The notes under the pieces: generated by a model | What the model was told of the DNA's origin: nothing | The model's database searches: none | The model's input: only the letters and a program-made list of their open reading frames with translations | Position numbers and translations under genes: made by a program | Shown here: positions 37,526 through 50,502 of the stretch, piece after piece | Layout of the letters: each line of letters opens with the position of its first letter | Position numbering within the stretch: position 1 is the first letter of the stretch | NCBI GenBank assembly: GCA_964016885.1 | Contig: OZ024741.1 | Coordinates: forward strand, 276,582,001-276,646,000 | Source of the DNA: Eledone cirrhosa | Lineage: Eukaryota | Direction of reading: 5' to 3' | Length of the DNA: 64,000 nt

Positions 37526-38462
37526 TTAGATTGTCTCCGGTATGTTTATGGATGAGGAGAATGGTTAGCTATTTCTTCAGCCAAACTGTGCTGTAGTCTT
37601 CTCCAACTCTCTCTATCTCTCTTCTGTGTTTGTGAGTTAGTAACGTTTAACCTGAAATTAACCCTGAACTATCAGATTGCTATGATCAAAGGCAATCCAG
37701 TCTTGATCATTCTGCAATTTTTTTCAGGAGTCTGTAGGAATATATTATCAAATGTGTCCATTCCTTATATGAGACAACGGTATGATTTGTGGTGAGGAAA
37801 TTTGGCTGGTATTTTAAGTGACCACGTAGGAGGCTACTTCGTTTCCTCTTTCTGTAGGTACATACATACATATGTGTGTGTGAAGAGAAAGCCAAAGAAA
37901 TATGTGGTATGATATTCTTCCTCCTCCTTCCCACCCCACTCTTCCAGGGAATATACCAAAGCATTAAGTGCAATGTAGACTACAAAAAATGGGTTCAGTG
38001 AGATTTGGTGGCTGTAATACATCTCTTCTTGTCTTGTTGAGCGAAGTGTGTGTATGTATTTAGATTTCAGTACGAGTAGATTTAATGCATGTGTGTTTGT
38101 ATCTAAATAACATAACATATATGTTGTGTGTGTGTATATATATATATGTATATGTATGAATGTGTATTCATGTATGTATATACATATACGTATTTATGTA
38201 CATATATATGTTGGTATGTGTGTAAAGTATGTATGTATATGTATGTATGGATATATATATACATATACATATTTATGTTTACACATGCCTACATATGTAC
38301 AAACATATATGTATGCATGAATATGTATATACATGTGTATGTGTGTAAGATACCAGGCTGTGAAATGTAATGTGTTGCTGAGTGATCAAACTAACAGACT
38401 TGAATTTGGCTTCCTAGCCTCAAGGCCCCTTTCAGGCTTACTACGTCTTATATGTATGCATG

Positions 38463-38495
<33 letters not shown>

Positions 38496-39001
38496 GTATA
38501 TATGTGTGTGTGTATGTATATAGATACATATATATATACACACAAACATACATAAATAAAGCAAAATATAATATAAACTACTATTATGTTTCTCTGTTTG
38601 CTAAAATATAAAAAAAGAAAGAAAAGTAAAATATGTAATAATGATAAATAAATAAATAAAATTATAATAAAATGAAAGTAAATGAAAAAATGTACAAAGT
38701 AAACCGAAAAACTCTACAAATAAAAAACAAACAACAGAGGAAAGATGATTCTTGAGAGACTCTCATAATTTCCAATGAAGCAATGGAAGAACTTTCCAGA
38801 AATTTTGGCTGAAAGTCGGTCGTCTGCACTTCTGCCAATGTATCTATAAACCTGCCAGCAACCTGAGGTCTTTAAACAGTCAAAAAAAGAAATCCTAAAA
38901 AAAAAAAAAAAAATGGATGGCCTGCTTCTTTTTCCTCTTCTTCCAGCCACCCTGTCTCTACATATCTATATATCTTTCTATCTATCAATATCTCTCTCTA
39001 A

Positions 39002-39033
<32 letters not shown>

Positions 39034-39197
39034 GTATGTATATATATATATATATATATATTTATGTGTGTGCGTATATGCCTGTATTTCTTTTTTTTCC
39101 TTTCTCTATCAGTTCTACTTCCTCCATTGCTCTCTATCTGTTCTACCCTCTCTTTTTCCTCTCTCTATATATCACTCTATTTTTCCTACTATTTCTA

Positions 39198-39259
<62 letters not shown>

Positions 39260-39692
39260 TACATATATATAAAATGTTCCTCTTGTCTCTCATGTACACC
39301 TTACATTCTCTTTTCATGATTACTTGTGTATATATTTATAATGAATATATGTATGTATATTCACACACATGCATCAATGTTAATATAAAATTTACAGGTT
39401 TTATATATATATATATATACCACAGTATGTATACATCACTAACATACCTGATATTACCATCAGTTCTTCTGAAGCACTGAAACATGAATTTTTAAAAATG
39501 ATGTTGTCCGTCTTTCGTTCTTTCTTTGTTTCTCATTTTCCTCTAGTTCTATATTTGCATGTGTATCATACATACATACATACATACATATATGTATCTT
39601 ACAATTTCATTTCATTCTTTTATTTGTCTTTTTTGTTATCATTATTATTATTAATTTTATATTTTTCTCATGAAACAATTTCACTGCAATTG

Positions 39693-39723
<31 letters not shown>

Positions 39724-40821
39724 CTAATGTGAAGTGAGGTTGGTTGTGATGGTGGTTGGTGTGGGGATCGAGATTGCTGTTTTTTCATATCACTGTGCTC
39801 CATAGAGACACAAAGTGTCACCATGAATCCTCGTCTTCTTCTGAATGCTTCCATGCCCTCTATGTGTATGTATGTAGGAAGGCTGTAATGTTGTCAGTTT
39901 GATTCCTGCATTGTGTTCTTGAGCGAAATACTTAATATGTTGCTCCAGTACACTCAGCTGAGAGTGAGTGCATGGGGAGTTAAAGCTGCGATAGATCGGC
40001 GTCTTGTCCAGGGACAGTTTTGTACTCTCTGTCGCTTAACACCAAAGAAACTGGGGATAAGCACTAGCCTGATGAGCCTTCAGTTTAAAACAGACTTTAA
40101 CTTATCTTGACATGTAAGTATGTAGCGAATGTGCATGGTTTTGTGGTTAGGGTGTTCAAATTCATGATAGTGAGACCATCAGTTTGATTTTCTGCTGTAC
40201 ATTGTGCCCTTAAACAAGTTACTTTACTTCCCATTGCTTCAGTCCACGCAGCTGGCTAAAATGAGTTGCAGGTGTAATTTGAAGGGCTGACCTTCGAACA
40301 CAGTTAATATGGGAACTCCCTAAAACATTACATTATGGCTTCGTGTGTGTATGAAAGGCTCAGCCACTTGTATGTTAATTTCACAAGCAGCTGTTCTGTT
40401 GGTCAAACAATTGATACACTTATCGTCAGATAAGATAGAGGTCCAACATGTGTATGTGTATATGCATGTATGTGGTGTATGTATATATGTATGTGTAGTT
40501 ATGGTGAGGCAAAGTAAGGGATGTCTTCATTTTTATGTAGGTCCTATATCAAAATAGGAATTATGCCCTCAAGAAGGGCATGAATGCCACACACTTTCAT
40601 TCTTGTCTTCTAAATAATTTTTGCTAAGATATTGAAAATATATTTCACAAAATTCTTAAGTTTTGTTTTTTTTTTATTGTTTCTTTTTCGGGTCTGGGAC
40701 TATTTTTTCTATATATCTTTAAATTTGTATCTTGGATTTTTTTTATTATTAACATTATTGTTATTTATTTATTATTATAATTATTATTATTACTATTATT
40801 ATTATTATTATTATTATTACA

Positions 40822-41225
40822 GAGGGCAGTGGATTGGCAGTATCAGTAGAGCATTGGACAACATGCTTTTCAGCATAGTTATGGCCCTTTACATTCTGAG
40901 TTCAAATTCTGCCGAGGTTAACTTTGCCTATCATCCTTACGGGGTCGATAAAATATAGTACAAGTAACGCACTGGAGTCGATTTAATCGACCCCACACCC
41001 ACCGAGATTATTGGCCTTGTGTCTGAATCAGAAACCATTATTATTCACCCCCACACCCAGAGGATGTGAAGCAAAGTTGAGTTCAAACTCTGAGGCAGTC
41101 AATTTTGCCTTTCGTCTTTTCAGGGTTGATAAAATGAAGTACCAGTTATGTACTGAGGTCTATATAATCGACAGTTCCCCTCCCCACAAATTGCTGGCCA
41201 TGTGCCTAAATTAGAAATAATTGAT
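40822..41225 (+). mobile_element. Two adjacent Nin-domain-like SINEs in an (ATT)n tract
   Basis: GAGTTCAAATTC..ACTTTGCCTATCATCCTTACGGGGTCGATAAAAT..GGCCTTGTG..AGAAAC. Further copies at about 18270-18390 and 47905-48125. Confidence 0.75.
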
Positions 41226-41425
41226 AATTAATATTATTAGTATTATTGCTATCATCATCATCATCATCATCATCATTGTTATTGTTATGTTTGTTTTTTA
41301 CTCCCCTTCTTTTTTATTATATAAAATCCTTGAAATTTTTTGTTTTGTTGTTGTTGCCTTTGAAATCAGGTTCTCTCATTTCTCTTCTACTACCATTTAT
41401 TTCTCTCACCCCCTCTCTCCCCCGG

Positions 41426-41484
<59 letters not shown>

Positions 41485-41517
41485 ATTCCTTACCCTCCCT
41501 CTTCTATTCCCCTCTCC

Positions 41518-41580
<63 letters not shown>

Positions 41581-42051
41581 CCTAGACTATCTCTTTTACT
41601 CCTACTACTCTCTCTCTATATATATAATCATCTGGCCTTTCTCTCTCTCTCTCTTTCTCTCTCTCTCCATCCACTGAATATATTTTTTACTGTACAGACT
41701 TAAAAAAACAATTAGTGAAAAAGTAAAAAAAAAAAAGAAAAGAATTAAAAAGAAAATTGAATCAGTTTAAATAATTTGTTTATGTGTTACTGACTCTGAA
41801 CATGCATGGATGAACACAAACACATGTATTTGCATACACACATTTTGTATAAATGATTCAAGTCGTCATATATTCAACACTCTGCTTCATATTAAAGCAG
41901 TATATAGGTGAAGGAAATCTATGCACATGTATATATATATATCAGTAAGTCCGGAGAAAACTGGTGAGAGTTCCAATGTCAGCACTCGATGCAGAGCAGA
42001 GTGTATATAAGAACAAAGTAGAGGTGTTACATATGAGATTTATTGCTTAAC

Positions 42052-42138
42052 CCAGTTACAAATGTTTCCCAGGCAGCCGGCTCGTGATCTGGAAGTCAAT
42101 CCAGACCAGACTCCAAGTCTGTATGATCCTCAGACCAG
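42052..42138 (-). ncRNA. Type-I hammerhead motif with branched stem II
   Basis: Minus strand: ctggt CTGAGGA tca..[cagact tgg agtctg][gtctgga ttgact tccagat]..tgg GAAAC attt GTA actgg; then AATAAA and a tail to (TA)n at about 41942. Confidence 0.7.
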
Positions 42139-42730
42139 TGTTAACACAACAAAAATCTCATCAAATCTGAAGACGAACCAGCCAGACACAAACAAGCATA
42201 TAGAATGACCAATTACGGGCCTAGAATCCAACGGACGCACCTGTCTCGAGCATTACAACCATTATAAACAAAAACAAAATATATGTGATCATACACATAC
42301 ACACACACACACACACACATGCATAAAATACCTACGCACACACTCACCCTCCCACGCCTAGAAATTGTACATGTACATACAAATATATACACACATCCTC
42401 ATACACACACATACATATGCATACAGCATTAAAAAAATGCAAGTGTCTACCCTCAAATTCAAGCAGAAGTACATTGTGAAGGGACTTCATACAGGAATTG
42501 ATAACCCTTTAGCGTCCGAAGGGTCAGCGTCAGGTGTAATGTAGTATGTGGCGGTAGCACGGTCAAAATGGTAACCACGCCATCACAACTGTTGGGTAAA
42601 TGAGTCCGTGTACTGTAACATCCTACACAGGTAAGTGCATATATATAGTGAAAAAAAGTGTGGACATTATAAAACATTCTATACAGATCACGTTATATAA
42701 GAAAAAAGATAATAAAAGAAAATGCACCTC

Positions 42731-43221
42731 CATCATCATCATCGTTTAACGTCCATCTTCCACGCTAGCATGGGTCTGGACGGGAATTGTCCCACTTGAG
42801 GCAAGATTGGTTGTCTTGCTCAGGACTGTTTGGCAGGTTTTCTACGGTTGGATGCCCTTCCTAACACCAACCACGTTTACAGTGTCGACTGGGAGGTTTT
42901 TACCGTGTTACATACACGGCCACATTACAGCGTGGACTGTGTTTTTTTTTTTGTCGTGACACCTACACGACCTCATTTATTTCGGACTGGATGTTGTGGT
43001 ACCAACATAGCTTTACATCGAAAGGGGTTGTGTAGATGGCGGTGGGGGTCGGGGTAATGAGACGGGGGTGTATTTTGGTTAAGAGGTGCCTACTGACTGT
43101 AGGTTTCGCTTTGTACTTAGGCAAGGCGGGTCTTCTGTATTACTACGTAGCGCCAAAGATCTCGGTCCAGTGACATTGTCTTGGAGAGGTGTAAGTGTGT
43201 GAGGTCGGATTTTATCAAGTT
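42731..43221 (-). mobile_element. RTE LINE 3' fragment (same family as 31479-33310)
   Basis: LIKSDLTHLHLSKTMSLDRDLWRY plus a matching 3' UTR; abuts the (GAT)n tail of the next RTE. Confidence 0.88.
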
Positions 43222-43223
43222 GT

Positions 43224-44694
43224 ATCATCATCATCATCATCATCATTTTACGTCCGCTTTTCCCTGCTTGCAAGGGTGGGACGGGTCTTATTCAGCACAG
43301 CATCTCTCCACTCGTCACGGTCCTTCGTCATCTCCACCGTGAGCTTCAATGATCTGAGGTCTGTTCTCACCACCTCCGCCCATGTTTTTCGTGGTCTACC
43401 ACGTCTTCCTTCAACTGGCACTTCTTCACCCATCGGTCATCCTCCATGCGCATCACATGTCCATACCACCTCAGTCTCCTCTCCCGTACACTACATTCTA
43501 TCCCTCTCAGACAGTTTCTCTCTCAACACATTTATGCTGGGTCGTTCACGCACATTTACACTGCACATCCAACGGAGCATGCTTGCTTCATTTCTCTCCA
43601 GCCGTTGCATATCCTCTGCAGTTGCTGCCCATGTCTCACTACCATGCAGCATCGCGCTCCTCACACAGGCATCATACAACCGGCCTTTCGTACGCAGGGA
43701 GAAACCCTTCGTCAGCAGAGGAAGCAGCTCCCTAAACCTCTTCCAACCTGTCCTTATTCTAGATACTATGGCCTCGGAACACCCTCCTCCCATGCTAATC
43801 TGATCTCCTGGGTACCGGAAGCTATCCACCACTTCTATAGCGCCCTCCTGCATTTGAAAAATGTGTCTATCAATGCGACTTCTACTGTCTAATTTCCCTG
43901 TACATCTACTGCATACATATTTCTCCCTACCTGTTAATTTGCCTGCTATCCCGCTACATCTCTTGTGTACCCAGGATCTGCATTGTGTGCATTTTATAGA
44001 ATTTATGCCAGTTCCTTTTCTGCATATCGAACATGGCCATTTACCTGACAGAATCAGAGTTTTGTCCTCTTTTCTACTCATCAACACTTTTGTCTTAGCT
44101 AGGTTCACTCTCAGTCCTCTTGCTTCCAACTGCTGTTTCCATAGCCAGAATTTATTCTCTAGCTCCTCTACTGATTCTGCTATAAGAACCAGATCGTCAG
44201 CATAGAGAAGTTCCCATGGACAGCCAGTCTTAAACTCCTCTGTTATGGCTTGGAGGACTATAATGAACAAGAGCGGGCTGAGGACCGAACCTTGATGTAC
44301 TCCTACTTGTATCTGGAATTCCTCACTAAACTCCATTCCTACCCTGACTTTACTGAGAGTACCTCTGTACAAAGTTTGCACTGTCCTCACAAGCCATTCC
44401 TCAACACCTAGCTTCCTTAGGGACCACCAGATGACAGATCGGGGTATCCTATCAAAGGCCTTCTCTAGGTCAACAAAGGCTAAGTATAGTGGCTTATTTT
44501 TCTCTAAGAACCTCTCTTGCAATTGTCTCACCAAGAAGAGGGCATCTGTTGTACTCTTCCCAGGCACAAAACCAAACTGCATCTCATCTAGTTTGACCCT
44601 TTCTCTAATTAGTTGTGCTAATATCCTTTCTGCCACTTTCATAACCTGATCTATCAGTTTTATACCCCTATAATTGCTCCTCACCAGAGCATCC

Positions 44695-44698
<4 letters not shown>
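43224..44698 (-). mobile_element. RTE-clade LINE, second subfamily, 5'-truncated
   Basis: ORF 43491-44684 has the same RT motifs and C4HC3 finger; a frameshifted C-terminus reads RGRPRKTW. Very short tail CCCTTGCAAGCAGGGAAAAGCGGACGTAAAAT(GAT)n. Confidence 0.95.
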
Positions 44699-44737
<39 letters not shown>

Positions 44738-44920
44738 AGGGTACTTTATAACATGTACTAAAATTTGGTGTTTAGCATAGCTTCTTTTCTCAGTTTTTAA
44801 ATTTTCAAAACATTTCTTTTTAAGTGTAATTGTTTTAAAGTCCCCTCTTTTTATATATATACAAGGTGCATTTTCTTTTATTATCTTTATCCTTATATAT
44901 ATATATATATATATATATAT

Positions 44921-45142
44921 CACAGATTGACTTAACTCCACACTACCATAGGTTTCAAGAAGAAAATATGTCTAAATCATCAGATGCATTTGAGACATTT
45001 TTCTGAAATGCATCTGATAATTTAGGCATGTTTTCTTCTTGAAGCATCTAGTAGTGCAGAGTTAGGTCAAACTGTTGATATAACTACTTAACTTACACAT
45101 TGTGTTGATTGCTCTTTGCTTTTGTTTGTACCCACAACTATA
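44921..45142 (+). mobile_element. Fold-back element with inverted hammerhead-like arms
   Basis: Arms 44921-44991 and 45006-45076. The minus arm reads gcat CTGATGA..GAAAC ctatg GTA gtgt; stem II pairs poorly. Confidence 0.65.
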
Positions 45143-45829
45143 TGTACCTATGTATCCTTATCAGTACCACAAGATCTGCAAATCTCAAGGAAGTCTAAAG
45201 TTCATCAAGATACACAGGCTGTCGAAGCTGCACCAGGACTAATGGACAATTTGTGGATGGATTTTTACAAGTATGTCTAATTTAAAAAGGCACATAAAAT
45301 CTCATGCCAGAACCTAGCATCATATATACCAAAGGTTCTCAACCCATTTCGGCCAAACGCCCCCCTTTTTATTTTGATATCAGTAGATTACTGGGCCAAA
45401 TAAAGTTATGTTAGAATCTTTAAAAAATACTTGTGCGAATTAAATACAAAAAGTTTCAGTCCAAAACAAAAGCAAGCTATTTCAAATTATATATTTTTGA
45501 AAAATAGAGACATGAATGTTCTCAAAGATTTGATCTCAGTCGAAAAAGCTTTCTTTTTTTAAATTCTATTTTTCACTGTTAGCTGTTGTAATATTTTGAG
45601 TGGATAGACAATTCTACAATTCAAACTGTAAAGTCAAAATACAAAAGATGCAAAATATGAAGAAATTCTTACCTTTCTCTTGTATCACAAATTCAAGGGA
45701 TAATAGTACCTTGAAAAATAAAGTGCCTCAATCACAAAGTTAGTTGCAACAAATGAATTGAGATGCTTAGTGACAGTGAGCAAACAATATCTGTATCCCT
45801 TATATATATATATATATATCATCATCATC

Positions 45830-46155
45830 ATCATTTCATTTTATGTCCGCTTTTCCCTGCTTGCAAGGGTGGGACGGGAACTGATTCTGGCTTGATTTCT
45901 ACAGCTGGATGCCCTTCCTAACACCAACCTCATTTACAGTGAGTGCTGGGTGCTTTTTTACCGTGGCACCTCCATGACCACTTTGCAGTGGAATGATAGA
46001 GACCCCATTCCCTATCATCTCATTTCTACAGCTGAGTAAACTGGAGCAATGTGAAATAAAGTCTCTTGCTCAAGGAAACAACACATCACCCGGTCTGAGA
46101 ATTGAACTCACAACCTTTCGATTGCAAGGCCAATGCTCTAACCAGCATTGGCCTT
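45830..46155 (-). mobile_element. tRNA-headed SINE with RTE-derived tail
   Basis: Close paralog of 7145-7463. Confidence 0.85.
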
Positions 46156-46161
46156 GCAATC

Positions 46162-46225
<64 letters not shown>

Positions 46226-46361
46226 CATACACACACACACACGTGTGTGTGTGTGTGTGTGCCTTGTTTTTGGTACAGAAAGAGTTTTGCCTCCAGTTTT
46301 ATTGCCACTGCTATTTTCAACAACGTCAAATAACAACGCCATATATATATATATACGTATA

Positions 46362-47301
46362 TCATATCATCATTATCTATAAAAGGCAGATTGTTGTTGT
46401 TGTGTGTGTGTGCATGTTCCATGTTTATATATTTGCACAATTTCAAACCGATTCGACTGTCTGTAAGAATGTTGTAAATGGTCTAACTTAGGTCAACGAC
46501 TATGTATTTCATTCACACTCATCCACAATTACGGAAATAATCGATAAAACTAAATACATGACGTTTTATCCCTCTAATACAATCAGATCCTCTCTCTACT
46601 CCCCTTAAACTTTAAGAGAGAGAGAGAGAAGGTTTGTTTTTGAGTGTGGAACAGTCAAACATTTATTTACTTCAATGACAAAGAGAACTTATTACATTTC
46701 ATACGAAATAACAATTATTCAAAAGCACCAGATAAATTTATTCAACAACAAAAAAATTAGGGATAAATCTTTTTTAAAACATCTATCAACGAACGTGGAA
46801 GAAAGAAGTATCAGTTCATTTACTATACGCAATAATATCCTCTATGAGGTCACTAAACCTGCTAGAAACAGCAGCTAACTCTCCCCCATATCACGTCACT
46901 CCCTACTATCTTAAATTTAGAAAACATATCCTCTATGAGGTCACTAAACCTACTAGAAACAGCAGCGAACTCTCCCCCCTATCACACCCCTCCCTACTGT
47001 CTTGAATTTAGACAACCATGCAGAACAACTCCATCGCAGCTCTGTTGTTCGGCTGGCATCGTCTACGCGCGTGTTGCGCAAGTACTGTGAAACAATAAAT
47101 TTTAACACTTCTTTGCACAGAGATAATATCCATAGGCGAAACTACAATTGTCGCTGCTGGCGCAGCTCCTGCTTCGGCAGTCCAGGTCTGCAATTCATTC
47201 ACCCAGTGTCTGGCAGACAAAAAAGTGCTGCCATAAAATGGGTGGTGCAACCTAACTTTGGTAACTTATTGACCCCGAGCAACGCCGGGCTTTAATGCTA
47301 G
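46362..47301 (+). mobile_element. Non-autonomous Helitron related to 20407-24270
   Basis: Same 3' hairpin CCCGAGCAACGCCGGG and CTAG|T; shares AATCGATAAAACTAAATACATG. The 5' TC position is uncertain (46362-46376). Confidence 0.85.
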
Positions 47302-47329
47302 TATATATATATATATACAGAGAGAGAAA

Positions 47330-47880
47330 GAAATGTGTGTCTTTGGTACACGTCTATCTATCTCCAAACCTCCACCCTCCTTCAAAAACGAAGGAGAGGC
47401 GGTTTTCCTTTGTGTGATAGCTATGGCGAAAGAGGTTGTATGGTGGACAAGGTTGAAAGGGCTGAGGTCAGACACCTTTCTCTCCGGCCAACAACTGATT
47501 CTTTTTTTTCAAATACCACTTTGGAAGAAGAATCAGGATGGAGAGAGGTGCTGTACTCCAGCAAGTTTTATGAAAGGTGGGTGAAAGTGGCGAGAATGGC
47601 CCGAGTGAATGGGCCTTCTCTCTATATCAGCCTGTAGGTTGAGGAAAAGGAGGAGGAGAGGAAAGGAGTACAAACTATTCGTACTCCTGGAGATGAGGGT
47701 TGCACATTTTTTCGGGGGTATGTGTTACCCATATAAACTCTCTCCCCTATTGGGGAAAATCGACTAATTTTTTAAATTGCATTTGTGATAACATTTTACA
47801 CGTTTTTATTGTATGTAAACTTCCCCCTTTGTATTTGTCCCCTTCTTTTGTGCCCCTGTGGCTAACAAAGAAACATATCA
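47330..47880 (+). mobile_element. L1/Tx1-like LINE 3' remnant
   Basis: Frameshifted VIAMAKEVVWWTRLKGL..REVLYSSKFYERWVKVARM followed by a T-rich 3' UTR. Family assignment is from recalled similarity only. Confidence 0.5.
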
Positions 47881-48455
47881 GATTCCATTATAACTGGTGA
47901 AAATAAGGCAGTGAGCTGCTGGAATGTTAGCACATCTGGCGAAATGCTTAGCGATACTTCTTCCGTTTTTACGTTCCGAGTTCAAATTCCGCCGATCTCA
48001 ACTTTGTCTTTCATCCCTTTTGGATCGATAAATTAAGTACCAGTTGTGAACTGAGATTGATGTAATCGACGGGACCCTAAACCCTAAATTTCATGCCTTG
48101 TGCCTATCGTAGAAATGATTATAACTGGTGAAAATCATCACCCACCACCACGTTTGGCCCAGTGCCTCTCCTCCACGACGTAATGGCCCTTTTATGTCCT
48201 TGAGTTTGGGACCCCTCTTCTACACACACACACATATATACACTTTACTTTTTTTCTGTCTCTGGACTACGCCCATGCTGGAGCATCACCTTGGTAAGTT
48301 ATGGGGACGTCAACAAACGCAAAGACACAGACATTTATACGACGCGCTTCTTTTAGTTTCGGTCTATCAAATCCACTCACAGGGTTTTGGTCGGCCCGGG
48401 CAGTGGGACTGAACCCGGAAACGTGGTTGGGAAGCAAGCGCCTTGTCACACAGCG

Positions 48456-48492
<37 letters not shown>

Positions 48493-49699
48493 TATCAAGT
48501 TAACAATGAAAATAAAAAGAACAAAGTCAAGTTACTTTATAACTTTGTTTTTATTTGTATTGTTAATTTAATACCTAATATCTGACTCTGTATCTAAAGA
48601 ATTAATTCAGCGAAACACAGAACTTCTCTATGGATTTTACAAGATTACATTGAGTCCTATCTACGGTACGGACCCTACCACCAGAGGTAGACCAAACTGA
48701 AAAAAGAAAAAAAAAAAAAATATATATATGTGTCTGTGTGTTGAGATCAAAGACCGTAAATTGTTGATTCAATTCTTCAGCAGTGCTAAATATTTTCTGA
48801 AACTGTAATCACCATTTAATATTGTTAATTAGTCGGTGATTGTTTTGTTGCCTTAAATCCCCAAAGTATGTGGAAGTTCTCTGGTCTGTCGCTTCTCCCG
48901 TAAAGCGAATGAGAGTACAAGACTCCCTCCTGGACAGGCCACCAGTCCATCACAGGGTTAATCCCGCCTTCACATATTACTGGTACTCATGTTCAGCTGA
49001 ATTATACTGGTCTGTATGTCTCATTCTCGTAATCATAGCTGTTAACAGATCATATAAATCTACATATATACATACATACATTTACCTTTGTATATATACA
49101 TGCATTTATATTTAAGTGTGTAAGGATGTTGACATGATTTATGTTGTTTTTTGGGGTAAGGAGAACATTTTGTCTCCAGATATTTTTACCTAGGGAGATT
49201 AAATACCACAGCTCTGGCTGAAAGCTGACCAGGTTCTCAACCTCATCAAACACCAACGCCGGCCTGTGTGTGTATGTATGCATGTGTGTGTATGAATGTA
49301 TGTATATGTATACACCCACGCCTTTCATCACCATTGCTTCTTTTTCTTGTCGTTTCTGTTGTTCTTGTAACTGTTGTAAAAGTTGACGTTGTCCTTATTT
49401 TCTTTGATTTCTTTTGTTTCCTTTTATCTCCCTAGGGAATTCGTTGACAAGCTTCTTTTATTTATTTTCTTCGTTTTCTTCATTCAAATGCATTCACACT
49501 GGGTGTCTCAGTGACGTACAAATATGGCTTATAAAACTACCTAAGTAAATAGCCTAGCGCCCTCAAAGCTTCAAACGCCCCGGGGGGGGGGGGGCATATG
49601 CCCCCGTTGAGGACCTTTCATGTACACTAAAGTGATCAAGCTTTTTATTGTGCAGACAACCAGTATGTATATATAACTAAGTAATATTTATATATATAT

Positions 49700-50502
49700 A
49701 TATTGTTATACTTTGGGGGGGTCATGTTGCCAATAAGAAACACACGCACCAGTTGCTTTCACTTCAATTTATTATAATAAATTTAGAAATTTAGGAATTT
49801 ATAAATTTCTGGTTGGTTGGTTCCACAACCAGATAGTTGTTTATATATTGTCAAAGTTCTTTCGTCACACATTCTGTGACCTCTTCAGTGACTGGGGATT
49901 CTTTTCTTTGTTTTTGTGCCTCTCCTTTGTTCTGTCCTACGCCATTTTGTTTCTGTGTGTGTGTTGTGTGCTCAGTCTGCGCATGCGCCACATCCGGGTG
50001 TCTCTGTGTGTTTATATTTGTTTATTTACATGTTACCGGTTGGTTGTTTGTTCTATGTGTGTGTGTGTTTTCATTTTGTCCTTAATTGTAAGTTGTGATG
50101 TTGCTGTTCCACTCATATTTTCTATTTAATTTTGGTTGTAATTCTTTTATGTTTATTGCCTCTGTGATTTGTCTAAACATTGCGTCTTTTCTGTGTGTAG
50201 TTCTCTAATTTACCCTTATGTTCTATTTTAGCATGTTGGTAGAGTACAGGTGATTCTTTACTATCTTGAAGGTCTCGCCAGTGTTCATTTATCCGTTCCC
50301 CTACACTACGAGCTGTCTCATCTATGTACACTATATTTTTGTCTCTACATTGTCCTTCAGTACATCTTATGCTATACACTACATTTCTAGTTTTACAGTT
50401 AATATGGGGGCTTATTTTACAGGTTATACATTTCTTATCTATACAGGGGGGTCTTTGGAAAGGGTATGTCTTGCTAATAAGTGTTTTTACGCTGTTGTAA
50501 CT
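49700..50502 (-). mobile_element. Penelope-like 3' remnant (GIY-YIG + terminal region)
   Basis: CIDKKCITC..CKTRNVVYSIRC..IVYIDETARSVGERINEH; hammerhead motif downstream at 49850-49892; bounded by (TA)n. Confidence 0.8.
49850..49892 (-). ncRNA. Minimal hammerhead motif
   Basis: Minus strand: gtca CTGAAGA g[gtcaca gaatg tgtgac] GAAAG aa CTT tgac; one extra G and a CUU triplet. Confidence 0.6.

Larger units (their letters stand above)
45330..49619. mobile_element. hAT-type non-autonomous element expanded by nested insertions
   Basis: Ends CAAAGGTTCTCAAC and GTTGAGGACCTTTC (12/14 inverted match); 8-bp flanks ATATATAC / ATGTACAC; CGCCCC subterminal motifs at both ends. Confidence 0.6.

Noticed and set aside
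35735-38660. MGAT1 3' UTR end at AATAAA 38575 or 38647
   Set aside because: Earlier ATTAAA sites exist and the region is AT-rich; it cannot be fixed without transcript data.
38126-39480. Many YI/CV/HT-rich ORFs here and across the window
   Set aside because: Translations of TA, CA and GT microsatellites.
49195-49260. TTGATGA plus an 8-bp helix on the minus strand
   Set aside because: GAAA is replaced by AGAG and stem I does not pair; at best an old relic.
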